From the NCBI GenBank assembly GCA_963615155.1, contig CAVEGP010000001.1, forward strand, positions 17,437 through 81,436: 64,000 nucleotides of DNA, read 5' to 3'. The stretch comes from Bacteroides uniformis. GTDB taxonomy: Bacteria; Bacillota; Clostridia; Oscillospirales; Ruminococcaceae. Both the position numbers and the translations under genes were made by a program. Below, in pieces: positions 26,113 through 36,254 of this stretch (positions are counted from its first letter, which is position 1; each line of letters opens with the position of its first letter). The notes beneath the pieces were generated by a model that saw only the letters and a list, made by a program, of their open reading frames with translations, was not told where the DNA came from and searched no databases.

Positions 26113-27300
26113 TCATTGTTCGCCGCTGTTGACGCCGATCTGCTTCAGGAACTCACGAATGCGCTTCAACGCCTCGGTCAGGTGCTCTACTGAATAGGCG
26201 TAGGACACCCGGCAATAGCCCTCTCCAGACGCGCCAAAGGCATCGCCCGGGATGATGGCGACATGCTTTGCTTCCAACAGCTTCGTACAGAATTCCTGAC
26301 TCGTCATTCCGGTTGATTTGATGCACGGGAAGGCATAGAACGCACCTCTCGGCTCAAAGCAGGTCAGTCCCATCTCGTTGAAGCTCCGCACCACCAGACG
26401 ACGGCGCATATTGTACTCGTCCCGCATCCGTTCGATCTCGCCATCGCAGTCCTTGAGGGCTGTGATCGCCGCGTACTGGCTGGTGGTAGGCGCGCTCATA
26501 ATGGCACTCTGGTGGATCTTTGTCATGATCTTGATGATTGGTGCCGGACCGCAGGCATAGCCCAGCCGCCAGCCTGTCATGGCATAGGTCTTAGAGAAGC
26601 CGTTGACGACGATGGTGCGCTCTGCCATGCCGGGCAGAGACGCGATCGACACATGCGGGCGCAGACCATAGTTCAGCTCCGCGTAGATCTCATCCGACAG
26701 CACCATAATGTTCGTGCCGCGCAGAACATCGGCAATCGCCTCAAGATCCTCCTGCTCCATGACCGCACCCGTCGGGTTATTCGGGAAGGGCATGATGAGC
26801 AGCTTCGTTTTGGGCGTGATCGCCGCCTTCAACGCCTCCGCACGAAGACGGAACTCATCCTCCTGACGGCAGGGCACATGCACCGGTACACCGCCGGACA
26901 GGGTGGTGATCGGCTCATAGCAGACAAAGCAGGGTTCGGGGATGATGACTTCATCGCCCGGCTCGACCAGTGTGCGGATGCACATATCAATGGCTTCACT
27001 GCCGCCGACCGTCACCAGAATCTGACCGTTCGGGTCGTATTTCAGACCCAGACGGCGGTTGAGATACTTTGCGATTTCCGCACGCAGCTCTTTCAGACCC
27101 GCATTCGAGGTGTAGCGGGTACGACCATGCTCAAGGCTTTCGATTCCCGCTTCCCGAACAGCCCACGGCGTTTTAAAGTCTGGCTCGCCGACGCCGAGGC
27201 TGATGCACTCGGGCATTTCAGCGGCAAGATCAAAGAATTTGCGGATGCCGGATGGCCGCATTTCTTTTGCAGCAGGTGCGATCAGTTTATCGTAGTCCAT
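26113..27300 (-). CDS. Class I/II PLP-dependent aminotransferase
   Basis: ORF track start 27315; ATG at 27300 overlaps the TAA of the upstream AsnC gene (TAATG). PSGIRKFFDL, NPTG, SKTYAMTGWRLGY (PLP Lys) motifs. Confidence 0.88.
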   Translation of the reverse strand: MDYDKLIAPAAKEMRPSGIRKFFDLAAEMPECISLGVGEPDFKTPWAVREAGIESLEHGRTRYTSNAGLKELRAEIAKYLNRRLGLKYDPNGQILVTVGGSEAIDMCIRTLVEPGDEVIIPEPCFVCYEPITTLSGGVPVHVPCRQEDEFRLRAEALKAAITPKTKLLIMPFPNNPTGAVMEQEDLEAIADVLRGTNIMVLSDEIYAELNYGLRPHVSIASLPGMAERTIVVNGFSKTYAMTGWRLGYACGPAPIIKIMTKIHQSAIMSAPTTSQYAAITALKDCDGEIERMRDEYNMRRRLVVRSFNEMGLTCFEPRGAFYAFPCIKSTGMTSQEFCTKLLEAKHVAIIPGDAFGASGEGYCRVSYAYSVEHLTEALKRIREFLKQIGVNSGEQ

Positions 27301-27779
27301 TACAGTACCGTACACTCTCTTTCGTCGATTTCTTCATCCTGATACAAACGTCCCTCTTTCTTGTAGGTACGCAGCACAAAATGAGTAGCTGTGGACAGAA
27401 CATCGTCCAGCGGGCTGAGCCGCTTTGCCACGAACAGCGCGATCTCCTGAAAGGTCTTGCCCTTGATGATGAGCTGCAGGTCATAGCCGCCGCTCATCAG
27501 CAGAACGCTCTCCACCTCTTCAAACGAAGCGATAGTCGCCGCGATCTCATCAAAGCCGCGGCTCTTCTTGGGGCTGACATTCAGCTCAATGACAGCCTCA
27601 ACATGGTTGATGCCCGCCTTCTCCCAGTCAACGAGGGTCTTGTATCCCTTGATAATGCCCTGCGCGCGGGCAAGATCGATCATTGCGGCAACTTCCGTGG
27701 GTGATTTATTCAGCATCGTGGCAATATCCTCAATGGGAAGCCGCGCGTTGTTTTCCAGAATCTTCAAAAGCTGTTCCAT
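27300..27779 (-). CDS. Lrp/AsnC family transcriptional regulator
   Basis: 159-aa ORF; N-terminal HTH (ILENNARLPIEDIATMLNKS) and C-terminal RAM/AsnC domain. Confidence 0.88.
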   Translation of the reverse strand: MEQLLKILENNARLPIEDIATMLNKSPTEVAAMIDLARAQGIIKGYKTLVDWEKAGINHVEAVIELNVSPKKSRGFDEIAATIASFEEVESVLLMSGGYDLQLIIKGKTFQEIALFVAKRLSPLDDVLSTATHFVLRTYKKEGRLYQDEEIDERECTVL

Positions 27780-28039
27780 ACGTTTGTTACTCCTTACGTT
27801 TTAATGGCTCAGAAATTATAGATAAGTATAGCACAGTCTGCGCAGGATTGCACCCGCTTTTTGAGATAGAATGTCTTTTTCCGCTTGAAACTGCTCTTTT
27901 TTCCAAAAAGTATATTCAAATTTCAGCAAATCTGCTATACTGAATTTGTAGCACTGCGGTTTTGCCGCGTCGTTCGCACAGGTTGCTGTCCTCAAATGAA
28001 TGCGGACAGCCGGAAAAGAAAACGAGGGGTCAGGAAATT

Positions 28040-28309
28040 ATGAAAGCTTTTATCACTGTTATCGGAAAAGACACCGTCGGTGTCGTTGCAAAGGTCTCGA
28101 CCCTTTGCAGCGAGCTGAACATCAATATCGAGGACGTCACCCAGAGCATTCTGCAGGGGATGTTCGCAATGATCATGCTGGTGGATATCTCCAACTGCAA
28201 TGTCAGTCACGAGGAGCTGCACAAGCGTACCGATGCCCTCGCAAAGGAGATGGGGATGCAGATCAATGTGACCCGTCAGGAAGTTTTTGACGCAATGCAC
28301 ACGATTTAA
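28040..28309 (+). CDS. ACT domain protein (UPF0237 family)
   Basis: Internal ATG of ORF 27962..28309; [20 protein letters not shown]...[13 protein letters not shown]; always paired with UPF0210. Confidence 0.85.
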   Translation: MKAFITVIGKDTVGVVAKVSTLCSELNINIEDVTQSILQGMFAMIMLVDISNCNVSHEELHKRTDALAKEMGMQINVTRQEVFDAMHTI

Positions 28310-28322
28310 CGAGGTTTTTACT

Positions 28323-29690
28323 ATGAGCATGTTTAACACCGGAGACATCCTCGAGACCATCGAGATGTTTACGCAGGATAATCTGGACGTGCGCACGGTC
28401 ACCATGGGCATCAGCCTGCTGGACTGCATCGATCCGGATCCCAAAAAAGCCTGCGAGAAGATCTACAACAAGATCACTACCAAAGCCGCAAACCTTGTTC
28501 CCGCCGTTGAGCATATCAGTGCGGAATACGGCATCCCCATCATCAACAAACGCATCAGTGTCACTCCCATTGCCATGCTGCTGGGCGCATGTCCGGACGC
28601 TGACCCTGTGGAGTTTGCCAAAACACTGGACGCCGCAGGCAAAAAAGTCGGCGTCAACTTCATCGGCGGCTATACTGCCCTTGTCCATAAGGGTTTCTCT
28701 GCTGGCGATCTTCGTCTCATCGAGTCCATCCCCCGCGCGCTGGCTGAGACGGACATCGTGTGCAGCTCGGTGAACATCGGCGCGACCAAAGCCGGCCTGA
28801 ATATGGATGCTATCAAGCTGATGGGCGAGGCGGTCAAAAAGGCTTCCGAGCTGACCGCCGACCGTCAGTGCATCGGTGCGGCAAAGCTGGTCGTGTTCTG
28901 CAACGCCCCCGAGGACAATCCCTTCATGGCAGGCGCATTCCACGGTCCCGGCGAGCCGGACTGTGAGATCCATGTCGGCGTTTCCGGTCCGGGTGCTGTC
29001 CGTGCGGCTCTGGCACGTCTGCCGAAGGATGCCCCCATCGACGCAGTTGCCGAGCTTGTCAAGCGCACCGCCTTCAAGATCACCCGTGTGGGACAGTTGG
29101 TCGCAAATCTCGCCTCGGACGCTCTGGGCGTTCCGGCAGGCATCATTGACCTCTCCCTTGCCCCGACTCCAGCCATCGGCGACAGCGTTGCCAACATCCT
29201 TGAGGAGATGGGTCTGGAGACCTGCGGCTGCTGCGGAACAACTGCCTGCCTTGCCCTTCTGAATGACGCTGTCAAGAAAGGCGGCGTCATGGCCTCCAAC
29301 CATGTCGGCGGTCTGTCTGGCGCATTCATTCCGGTCAGTGAGGACGACGGCATGATCCACGCCGCCGAGTCCGGCTGCCTGACGATCGAAAAGCTGGAAG
29401 CCATGACCGCTGTCTGCTCGGTCGGCATTGATATGGTCATCATCCCGGGCGACACGACCTCCTCCGTCATCAGCGCGCTGATCGCAGATGAGGCCGCCAT
29501 CGGCATGGTGAATAGCAAGACCACCGCCGTCCGTGTCATCCCCGCCATCGGTCGCAAGGCGGGCGAGATCTTGGACTTCGGCGGTCTGCTGGGCTACGGT
29601 CCTATTATGCCCGTCAACCAGCACGATCCCTCGGTGTTCATCAACCGTGGCGGTCGTCTGCCCGCTCCCATGCAGTCGCTCAAGAACTAA
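28323..29690 (+). CDS. UPF0210 (DUF711) family protein
   Basis: Internal ATG of ORF 28287..29690; ILETIEMF...[16 protein letters not shown] and ...[13 protein letters not shown] typical of UPF0210. Confidence 0.85.
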   Translation: MSMFNTGDILETIEMFTQDNLDVRTVTMGISLLDCIDPDPKKACEKIYNKITTKAANLVPAVEHISAEYGIPIINKRISVTPIAMLLGACPDADPVEFAKTLDAAGKKVGVNFIGGYTALVHKGFSAGDLRLIESIPRALAETDIVCSSVNIGATKAGLNMDAIKLMGEAVKKASELTADRQCIGAAKLVVFCNAPEDNPFMAGAFHGPGEPDCEIHVGVSGPGAVRAALARLPKDAPIDAVAELVKRTAFKITRVGQLVANLASDALGVPAGIIDLSLAPTPAIGDSVANILEEMGLETCGCCGTTACLALLNDAVKKGGVMASNHVGGLSGAFIPVSEDDGMIHAAESGCLTIEKLEAMTAVCSVGIDMVIIPGDTTSSVISALIADEAAIGMVNSKTTAVRVIPAIGRKAGEILDFGGLLGYGPIMPVNQHDPSVFINRGGRLPAPMQSLKN

Positions 29691-29740
29691 CCCCTCAGTC
29701 ACTTCGTGACAGCTCTCCTAGTAGGCGAGTCTTTGGCAAA
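29689..29740. repeat. Single unit of the two-hairpin repeat
   Basis: AACCCCTCAGTCACTTCGTGACAGCTCTCCTAGTAGGCGAGTCTTTGGCAAA; starts inside the TAA stop of the UPF0210 gene. Confidence 0.85.
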
Positions 29741-29837
29741 ATGGGAAAGTTTTTTCGTTTTGCCTGAAAGCTTTTGAATAGTTGTTTTGAAACAGACCTA
29801 TCCTCTGGTTATCATTTCCAGAGGAGGATCTGTTTTT

Positions 29838-30485
29838 ATGTGGAATGGTTTGGTTCGGCGGATGTCACGGCGTGAAATGGCTGTACTGTGTCTGGGGCTT
29901 TCGATCTTCTTTCTGACTTGCGGTTTCATGCAAATTTTGAGCTGGGGACAAATGCAACTCCATACCGGGGAGCTGCTTTGTTCCGATACCCTGCGCTTTC
30001 ACATTCGGGCGGACAGCAATTCCCTGCTCGACCAGAGCGTAAAGCTTTACATTCGGGACGCCATTCTTGCCTACACTGACCGCTTCTGTACTGCAACGGA
30101 CAAGCCCACCGCGCTCCATTGGGCGGCACAAAATCTCCCCCAGCTTCAATTGATTGCGCAGCAGACGCTCGCCGAACTGGGGCTTCACACTCCGGTACGG
30201 GTGCGGCTCGTCAATATGTATTTCGATACGACCCGATATCGAACCTCCCTCCTTCCCGCCGGACAGTACGATGCCGTCCGTATCGAGCTGGGCGATGAGA
30301 ACCACTATGGAAAAAACTGGTGGTGCGTCCTCTATCCCGGGCTTTGCCGTTCTGTTTGCGGCGGCTACGCTCTACCCGAAGAAAACGACCTCGTCTGCGG
30401 AGAATACATCGTCCGGTTCAAGCTTGTGGAATTGTGGCAGCGCGTGACGGCGGATAGAAAAGACACGGTGCTGGTAGCGGGCTGA
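29838..30485 (+). CDS. spoIIR: Stage II sporulation protein R
   Basis: ATG 29838 9 nt after GAGGAGGA; LRFHIRADSNS..DQ..K..IRD..., LPAGQYDAVRIELG...G.NWWCVLYPGLC match SpoIIR. Confidence 0.85.
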   Translation: MWNGLVRRMSRREMAVLCLGLSIFFLTCGFMQILSWGQMQLHTGELLCSDTLRFHIRADSNSLLDQSVKLYIRDAILAYTDRFCTATDKPTALHWAAQNLPQLQLIAQQTLAELGLHTPVRVRLVNMYFDTTRYRTSLLPAGQYDAVRIELGDENHYGKNWWCVLYPGLCRSVCGGYALPEENDLVCGEYIVRFKLVELWQRVTADRKDTVLVAG

Positions 30486-30542
30486 GTTCACACCTTCTTC
30501 CCTTCTGTCATACACTGAACTCGGAAGGAGTGTGTTGCAGCA

Positions 30543-31013
30543 ATGGCAATCCCTGCATATTATTCTCTCATTCAAAACGGCTCGAACGGACCGGACGTGG
30601 CACTGGCGCAGACCTGGCTGAACGGCATCCGCGACCAATGCACCTGGCATGATATCCTGACGGTGGACGGAAGCTTCGGCTCCGGCTCAGAAAAGGCTGT
30701 GATGGAGTTTCAGCTCCGGAATAAGCTGAACGCTGACGGCAAGGTCGGTCAGATCACATGGAATCTCCTGTACAACAAATATACCGCAAAACACGGTCTC
30801 GGCACGCCCTACCCGGGCATTGCCCTGCGCACCGGCACGGCAGGCGGAACGGTACGTCTGCTCCAGCAAAAGCTGAATACCCTCGGTGAGACGCTGAACG
30901 CGGACGGAAAATTCGGCTCGGCGACCGCAGCGGCTGTCCGACGTTTTCAGGCACGGAACAATTTGACCGCGGACGGCGTTGTGGGCGCGTCAACCTGGGA
31001 TAAGCTGTTCTGA
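30543..31013 (+). CDS. Protein with two peptidoglycan-binding (PG_binding_1) repeats
   Basis: 156-aa ORF; two copies of G..V..LQ..LN......L..DG.FG..T..AV..FQ....L..DG.VG..TW..L; no obvious signal peptide or catalytic domain. Confidence 0.8.
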   Translation: MAIPAYYSLIQNGSNGPDVALAQTWLNGIRDQCTWHDILTVDGSFGSGSEKAVMEFQLRNKLNADGKVGQITWNLLYNKYTAKHGLGTPYPGIALRTGTAGGTVRLLQQKLNTLGETLNADGKFGSATAAAVRRFQARNNLTADGVVGASTWDKLF

Positions 31014-31024
31014 GGATGTAAATT

Positions 31025-31059
31025 GGCTCCTGCCAGAATTTCTGGCGGGAGCTTTTTTT
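31025..31059 (+). terminator. Intrinsic terminator after the PG-binding gene
   Basis: GGCTCCTGCCAGAA-TT-TCTGGCGGGAGC followed by T7. Confidence 0.85.
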
Positions 31060-31075
31060 GCTTTGCTGCCGCTCT

Positions 31076-31103
31076 TTGAAATTCGACCCGCTTTTGATAT
31101 AAT
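31076..31103 (+). promoter_or_regulatory. Candidate promoter of the yhaO-yhaN-like operon
   Basis: TTGAAA (31076-31081) - 16 nt - TATAAT (31098-31103) with TG at 31095-31096 (extended -10). Confidence 0.5.
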
Positions 31104-31172
31104 ACAATTACAATCAGCATTTCAGCATTATTTTATAAAATCCGTTTCGATACGAAAGTGAGTTGATTCCGT

Positions 31173-32246
31173 ATGAAAATTCTACACTGCGCGGATCTGC
31201 ACATGGATTCCCCCATGGAAACACACATGACCCGCGAACAGGCTGCGATCCGGAACGCTGAAATTTTAAAGTCTTTTCAGCGAATGACGGAATATGCGGA
31301 GCAGGAGAAGATTCGGTTGGTTTTGATTGCGGGCGACCTTTTTGATGGAGAGCGCGTGACAAGACGCACCATAGAGGGTGTGCTGGATGCCGTGCGCCGC
31401 ACGCCGCAGATCGACTATTTATATGTCAGCGGCAATCACGATGACCAGACGAACGCATTTGCCGATCAGGATGTTCCGGAAAACTTCAAGCGTTTCACCG
31501 ATCAATGGGGTACGTTTGAATACGGAGATGTCGCGATCTCCGGAATCGAGATCACCAAATCCAATGCCGGCACGCTCTATGGACAGCTTCCGGCTCAGAA
31601 AAGCCGCGTGAACATCGTGATGCTTCACGGACAGATCTCGACGGCTTGCGAAACCGATCAGGTGAATTTGAATCTGCTGAAAGAAAAAAATATCCATTAC
31701 CTTGCATTGGGTCATATCCATACCTATTCCTGTGAGCCATTCGACCGAGACGGCATATACTGTTACCCCGGCTGTCTGGAGGGACGCGGTTTTGACGAAT
31801 GCGGAGAAAAAGGCTTCGTTGTTCTGGACACCGACGCACGGAAGCTTGCTCCCGTGTTCGTGCCCTTTTCCTCAAGAAAGCTTCATCGGGTAACGGTCGA
31901 TATTACCGGAGCAGTAACCAACAGCGCAGTCTATCAATCCATGAAAGCAGCCTCACAGGGCATCTCCAAAAACGACATGGTAGAGTTTCTCCTGACCGGA
32001 GCGGCAGATCCCTCCGCCCGCATCGCCAAAAAATATCTGTATCATCTTTCGGCAAACGATTTCTTCTTTGTGAAGATAAAAGATGAAACCAGGCTCACGC
32101 TCGACCCGAAGGATTATGAGAATGACGTCTCTTTAAAGGGCGAATTTATCCGTCTGGTGATGGCAAGCGGGGAAAGTGAGGAGAACAAGATCAAGATCAT
32201 CCGCACAGGACTGGAAGCGTTGACCGGAGAGGAGATCACAATATGA
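31173..32246 (+). CDS. yhaO: SbcD/Mre11-like metallophosphoesterase DNA exonuclease (YhaO type)
   Basis: 357-aa ORF; MKILHCADLHMD, IAGDLFD, GNHD, LHG, GHIH calcineurin-like phosphoesterase motifs. Confidence 0.85.
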   Translation: MKILHCADLHMDSPMETHMTREQAAIRNAEILKSFQRMTEYAEQEKIRLVLIAGDLFDGERVTRRTIEGVLDAVRRTPQIDYLYVSGNHDDQTNAFADQDVPENFKRFTDQWGTFEYGDVAISGIEITKSNAGTLYGQLPAQKSRVNIVMLHGQISTACETDQVNLNLLKEKNIHYLALGHIHTYSCEPFDRDGIYCYPGCLEGRGFDECGEKGFVVLDTDARKLAPVFVPFSSRKLHRVTVDITGAVTNSAVYQSMKAASQGISKNDMVEFLLTGAADPSARIAKKYLYHLSANDFFFVKIKDETRLTLDPKDYENDVSLKGEFIRLVMASGESEENKIKIIRTGLEALTGEEITI

Positions 32247-35200
32247 AACTTCTGGAATGTCATGTGGACAATTTTGGCAAGCTGTCAGACTTTGATTATC
32301 AGTTCTCGGATGGTCTGACCGTCATTCAGGAGCCGAATGGCTTTGGCAAAAGTACCTTCGCCGCATTCATCAAGGCAATGCTGTACGGTTTTCCGAGAAC
32401 GAGCGGTCGAAGCATTGCCAGCAACGAGCGAAAAAAATATCTTCCGTGGCAGGGCGGAACCTATGGCGGAAGTCTGGATTTTGAGTTTGAAGGCATTCGC
32501 TACCGTGTATGGCGGACCTTTGGAAAAACAGCCGCGAAGGATCATTTTTCCCTCCGTGACGTAACGAATCGCAGCGACAGCACACGTTTTACCGAAAAGC
32601 TGGGAGAAGAATTATTCCAGTTGGACGCCGAGTCGTTTATGCGCAGCGTCTATCTGTCCCAGACACAAAGTCAGGACACCGCCGTGACTACCTCCATTCA
32701 GGCAAAGCTGAGTGATCTGGTGGATAACACAGACGATCTGAACAATTACGATTCCGCGATGGAACACCTGCGGACGGCACGGTCGGAATATCGGAAATTC
32801 CGAGGAGGAGGCGGTCGTATCGACGACATCCAAGCACAGATCGAGGAACTGGAACATCGCCTTGCGGATTCGGAAGCAAAAAAAGCCCCCTTAGCGGAAG
32901 CCACGAGCAACGTTGAGAAATGGAACACGGAAAAAATCCAGCAGGAAGAGGCCCTCTCCGCGCTCCGTGAAAAAATCACAAAGGCATCCGCACAGCAGGC
33001 AAGCCGGACACTGCGGGAGCAATTCACAGGTCTGGAAAAAAATCTTCATACGACAGAGCGTGATCTTCAACTGCTGGATGAAGCTTACCCGAACGGATAT
33101 CCCTCCAAAGACGAAGTCCATCTGCGGAGCAGTCGGCTTGCGGCTGTTCAGCAGGCACAAAATGCGTTGAACGGTCTTGTTCTGAGCGAAGAAGATCTCC
33201 GGTGTGAAGCGCAGGGACGGCTCCTCTTTTTCGATGCGGCAAAGACCGATGCGGAGATCCAGCAGTGTCAGAGAGACTGCAATGAACTGTCCAAAGTAAC
33301 CGCTCAGGCATCGGTACAAATGAGCCAGGAAGAGCTGAACCAGCGAAAAGCGCTCAAAGCACATTTTCCGGAAGGCGCGCCGAGCGCAGAGGAGCTCCAG
33401 AGATACAAAGAGACCGCCAACGCCCTGACATCAAAACAGGGCGCGCTCAATGCCCAGCAGCTGACAGAAGCGGAATCGAGCCGATTGACGGAGCTGTCCG
33501 CATTTTTTGCCGAAAAGAAGGTTGCGGAAGAAGAGCTTTCCCACTGTGAAGAGAGCCAGCGACAGATAAAAGAGGATCAATTCAAACTCAGTAGAAGCAT
33601 CCTGTCAGACGCAGAAGAGAATGAGTGGCATCGACTGAATCATATTTTTTCCATTGAAATTCCCGAGGATACTTCCATTCATCAAAAACAGAAGGACTGC
33701 CGCCGGATCGATGAGCTGAACAGCAAGAAAGAAACCAAAACGACCGTGCTGCAATCGGTTCAGAAGCCGGAGGCAACGAAGTCCAACCACCCAACGGCAT
33801 GGATTGCGATCGGTGCTGTGCTGATCGCAGCAGGCGTTGTCTGCTTTGTCCTATCCAAAATTGCGGTCGGTGCAATTCTTTCCGTGATCGGTTTTGCGGC
33901 ACTTCTGGGAGCTTTCTGGACCCATACCAAGCAGCTGGTTCATCAGGGCACCGAACAAATTGCGGTCGAAAGCAGTGCCATCAGCGAAGCCGAGCTGCAG
34001 GAGCTGTATGCTTTGCAGAAAAATCTGACCGAGTTCCTTCTGAAATTCTACGAGGATGCGTCCGAGCCAGATGCCAAGCTGATCGATCTGCTGCTCAACA
34101 AAAAAGCCTACTCACAGCTACAGGAGCGCAAGAATGAGCTGGAATGTGAGAAGGCTTCCCTTCATGCTGAGATCGACGCCCAACAGGAATATATACAGGA
34201 ACTCTTCCATCGCTATTATCCGGACCAGCCCTATCAGGAGCAATTCACAGCCGATCTGAGAACCCGCTGGAACGAATATGGAAATCTGCAAAGCCGGCAA
34301 ACGGACATCTGGCAAAAGCGAGAAAGGTTGAACTCTGAGATCGGGGAGCTTGAAGAAAACCTGCGAGCAGCCCTTGCAAACTACCAGCTCCCTGACGAGA
34401 CAGGCGATCTCTCAGCACAGCTTCAAAAGCTGGACAACGACGCAAAAGAACTGTCGAGACTGGATCTCAAATGGGAAGAGACAAAGGCAGCACGGGAAGC
34501 CGCCGAATGTCAGAAAGAAAAGCTGACAGACGCAATTGAAGCGATTTTGAAAAAATACCATGTGTACACAGAGAAACAGCTGTATGAAGATTCTCTTGAC
34601 GCTCTTCGGATCAATTTCAGCGCATACAGAACGGCAGCCAAAAACGCAGCGGATCATCACGCCAGCAAAGTCAAATTTGAAACGCAGAAAGCAACGGCGG
34701 AAAAAGAGATTGAGCAGTTTGCCCGCAAATATGGTTTTCCATTACCTCTGAACGAAAAAGCGCTTTCTCAAATTTTAGATGACATAGCGACTCACAATCT
34801 AAAAGTAAGTCAGAAAGCAAAAATTTCACAAGATATTGCAGACTTCAAAAAACAGCATCCAGAATTCAAAGATGGTCTGCCGGAGGAAAAGCAGGAGCCG
34901 GAAGAGCTTCCCGCTGTTGACACGCTGATCCAGGCAGAGGATATCGCAAAAAGAAAGCTGACGGAATTAGACGATACGCTTCAGGCCGCACGGGGCGAGC
35001 GTAAAAAACTTTTGCAGACGGTTGAACAGATCCCTGAAATGGAGGATCAGTGGGAGCGTCTGACGGAGCATCGCAAAGAAGCGGAACAGAGCTGTACTAT
35101 CCTGGATACGACCTTAAAGCTGTTGGAGACCGCCAAGACCAATCTTTCCAATCAGTATGTCGGCGGCGTCGAGCAGAGCTTTGCGTCGTATGTACACGAA

Positions 35201-35500
35201 TTGCTGGGCAGCAGCTTCAGCAAGGCACTTGTGGATCACGACTTGACGATCCATATGGATGAAAAGGGAGAAGCACGAGAGATCGACTATTTCAGTGCAG
35301 GAACGGTTGACAGCGTTATGCTCTGCATGAGGCTTGCGCTGATCGATGCCCTTTTCAAACAGGAAAAGCCGTTTATCCTTCTGGATGATCCCTTTGTCAA
35401 TCTGGATGACGCGCACACACAGCGTGCGTTAACGATGCTGAAGGAGATCGCCCAAAGCAGGCAGGTGGTGTATCTGGTCTGCAACAGCAGCCGCTGCTGA
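32243..35500 (+). CDS. yhaN: SbcC/Rad50-like AAA ATPase with central transmembrane hairpin (YhaN type)
   Basis: 1085-aa ORF, 4-nt overlap with yhaO; Walker A EPNGFGKST, long coiled coils, FSAGTVDS signature, ILLDDPFVNLD Walker B; two hydrophobic helices about 33790-33920. Confidence 0.85.
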   Translation: MKLLECHVDNFGKLSDFDYQFSDGLTVIQEPNGFGKSTFAAFIKAMLYGFPRTSGRSIASNERKKYLPWQGGTYGGSLDFEFEGIRYRVWRTFGKTAAKDHFSLRDVTNRSDSTRFTEKLGEELFQLDAESFMRSVYLSQTQSQDTAVTTSIQAKLSDLVDNTDDLNNYDSAMEHLRTARSEYRKFRGGGGRIDDIQAQIEELEHRLADSEAKKAPLAEATSNVEKWNTEKIQQEEALSALREKITKASAQQASRTLREQFTGLEKNLHTTERDLQLLDEAYPNGYPSKDEVHLRSSRLAAVQQAQNALNGLVLSEEDLRCEAQGRLLFFDAAKTDAEIQQCQRDCNELSKVTAQASVQMSQEELNQRKALKAHFPEGAPSAEELQRYKETANALTSKQGALNAQQLTEAESSRLTELSAFFAEKKVAEEELSHCEESQRQIKEDQFKLSRSILSDAEENEWHRLNHIFSIEIPEDTSIHQKQKDCRRIDELNSKKETKTTVLQSVQKPEATKSNHPTAWIAIGAVLIAAGVVCFVLSKIAVGAILSVIGFAALLGAFWTHTKQLVHQGTEQIAVESSAISEAELQELYALQKNLTEFLLKFYEDASEPDAKLIDLLLNKKAYSQLQERKNELECEKASLHAEIDAQQEYIQELFHRYYPDQPYQEQFTADLRTRWNEYGNLQSRQTDIWQKRERLNSEIGELEENLRAALANYQLPDETGDLSAQLQKLDNDAKELSRLDLKWEETKAAREAAECQKEKLTDAIEAILKKYHVYTEKQLYEDSLDALRINFSAYRTAAKNAADHHASKVKFETQKATAEKEIEQFARKYGFPLPLNEKALSQILDDIATHNLKVSQKAKISQDIADFKKQHPEFKDGLPEEKQEPEELPAVDTLIQAEDIAKRKLTELDDTLQAARGERKKLLQTVEQIPEMEDQWERLTEHRKEAEQSCTILDTTLKLLETAKTNLSNQYVGGVEQSFASYVHELLGSSFSKALVDHDLTIHMDEKGEAREIDYFSAGTVDSVMLCMRLALIDALFKQEKPFILLDDPFVNLDDAHTQRALTMLKEIAQSRQVVYLVCNSSRC

Positions 35501-35568
35501 ACGTCTCCCGCTCCTTTTCAGGTATATGCCGCACATTCTCGGGCATCCTAACTCCGGAGGTGTTACCA

Positions 35569-35931
35569 ATGGATTCTTTGACGCCCTTTGTCCGGCACGA
35601 ACTGGAGCTGCCGGACGCTTCCTTTCAGCCGCCGTCCCAGCCGGATGACCCGAATGTTCAGATCCCGCCGCCGGACTTCTCCTTGCGGGTCGAACCTGAT
35701 CCAGACGAGCCGATCCCCATGACCGACGGCACACCTGTCGCCTGCCGCCAGAAAAATGCCGAAGAGTTTCTGGACGGAACTGTCTCCGGTGTGATGGCGC
35801 AGTACGGCGAGCAGCTATTCGGCACAGAGCAGAACACCGACTCGGCGCATCCTGCCCCCGAAGAGCCTGATCCTGCCAAAAGCGGCGTATTGGAGCTGGT
35901 CAACTGGCGGGAAGACGCCCCATACGGCTAA
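35569..35931 (+). CDS. Hypothetical acidic, Pro-rich protein
   Basis: ATG 35569 6 nt after GGAGGTG; GC3-rich codons like neighbours; no recognisable domain. Confidence 0.5.
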   Translation: MDSLTPFVRHELELPDASFQPPSQPDDPNVQIPPPDFSLRVEPDPDEPIPMTDGTPVACRQKNAEEFLDGTVSGVMAQYGEQLFGTEQNTDSAHPAPEEPDPAKSGVLELVNWREDAPYG

Positions 35932-36031
35932 GAAAGCAGATAATTTTCAAAATATTTTTAATTTACCTGTTGAAATCTTTGTCCGCTTCTTTTATTATGG
36001 TAGCAAACAAAGCAAAGGCAGGTAATACACT

Positions 36032-36253
36032 ATGGCAGAAATCAAATACGAAGTGGTACAGAAGATTGCCGTCCTCTCTCAGCGTCCGCGCGGCTGGGAA
36101 CGTCAGTTGAACCTCATCAGCTGGAACGATGGCGAGCCCAAGTATGACATCCGTGACTGGTCTCCGGACGGCACCCGCATGGGCAAAGGGCTTTCCCTGA
36201 CGCACGACGAGCTTGCCATTCTAAAGGGCATTCTCGACGATATGGAGCTGTAA
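36032..36253 (+). CDS. ydbC: YdbC-like PC4-fold single-stranded DNA-binding protein
   Basis: 73-aa ORF; KGWRKELN.VSWN...PKYDIR.WSPD...MGKG..L pattern recalled from Lactococcus YdbC (here RGWERQLNLISWNDGEPKYDIRDWSPDGTRMGKGLSL). Confidence 0.75.
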   Translation: MAEIKYEVVQKIAVLSQRPRGWERQLNLISWNDGEPKYDIRDWSPDGTRMGKGLSLTHDELAILKGILDDMEL

Positions 36254-36254
36254 G

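Noticed and set aside
27780-28039. Possible riboswitch upstream of the ACT/UPF0210 pair
   Set aside because: I see only a single 7-bp hairpin (GCTGTCC...GGACAGC) with no U-tract, no alternative pairings and no resemblance to a known aptamer core. It is probably just a divergent promoter region shared with the AsnC gene.
29741-29837. Sigma-F type promoter upstream of spoIIR
   Set aside because: A GGTTATCAT -10-like string exists, but no correctly spaced -35 (TGCATA-like) element does. There is not enough support to annotate it.
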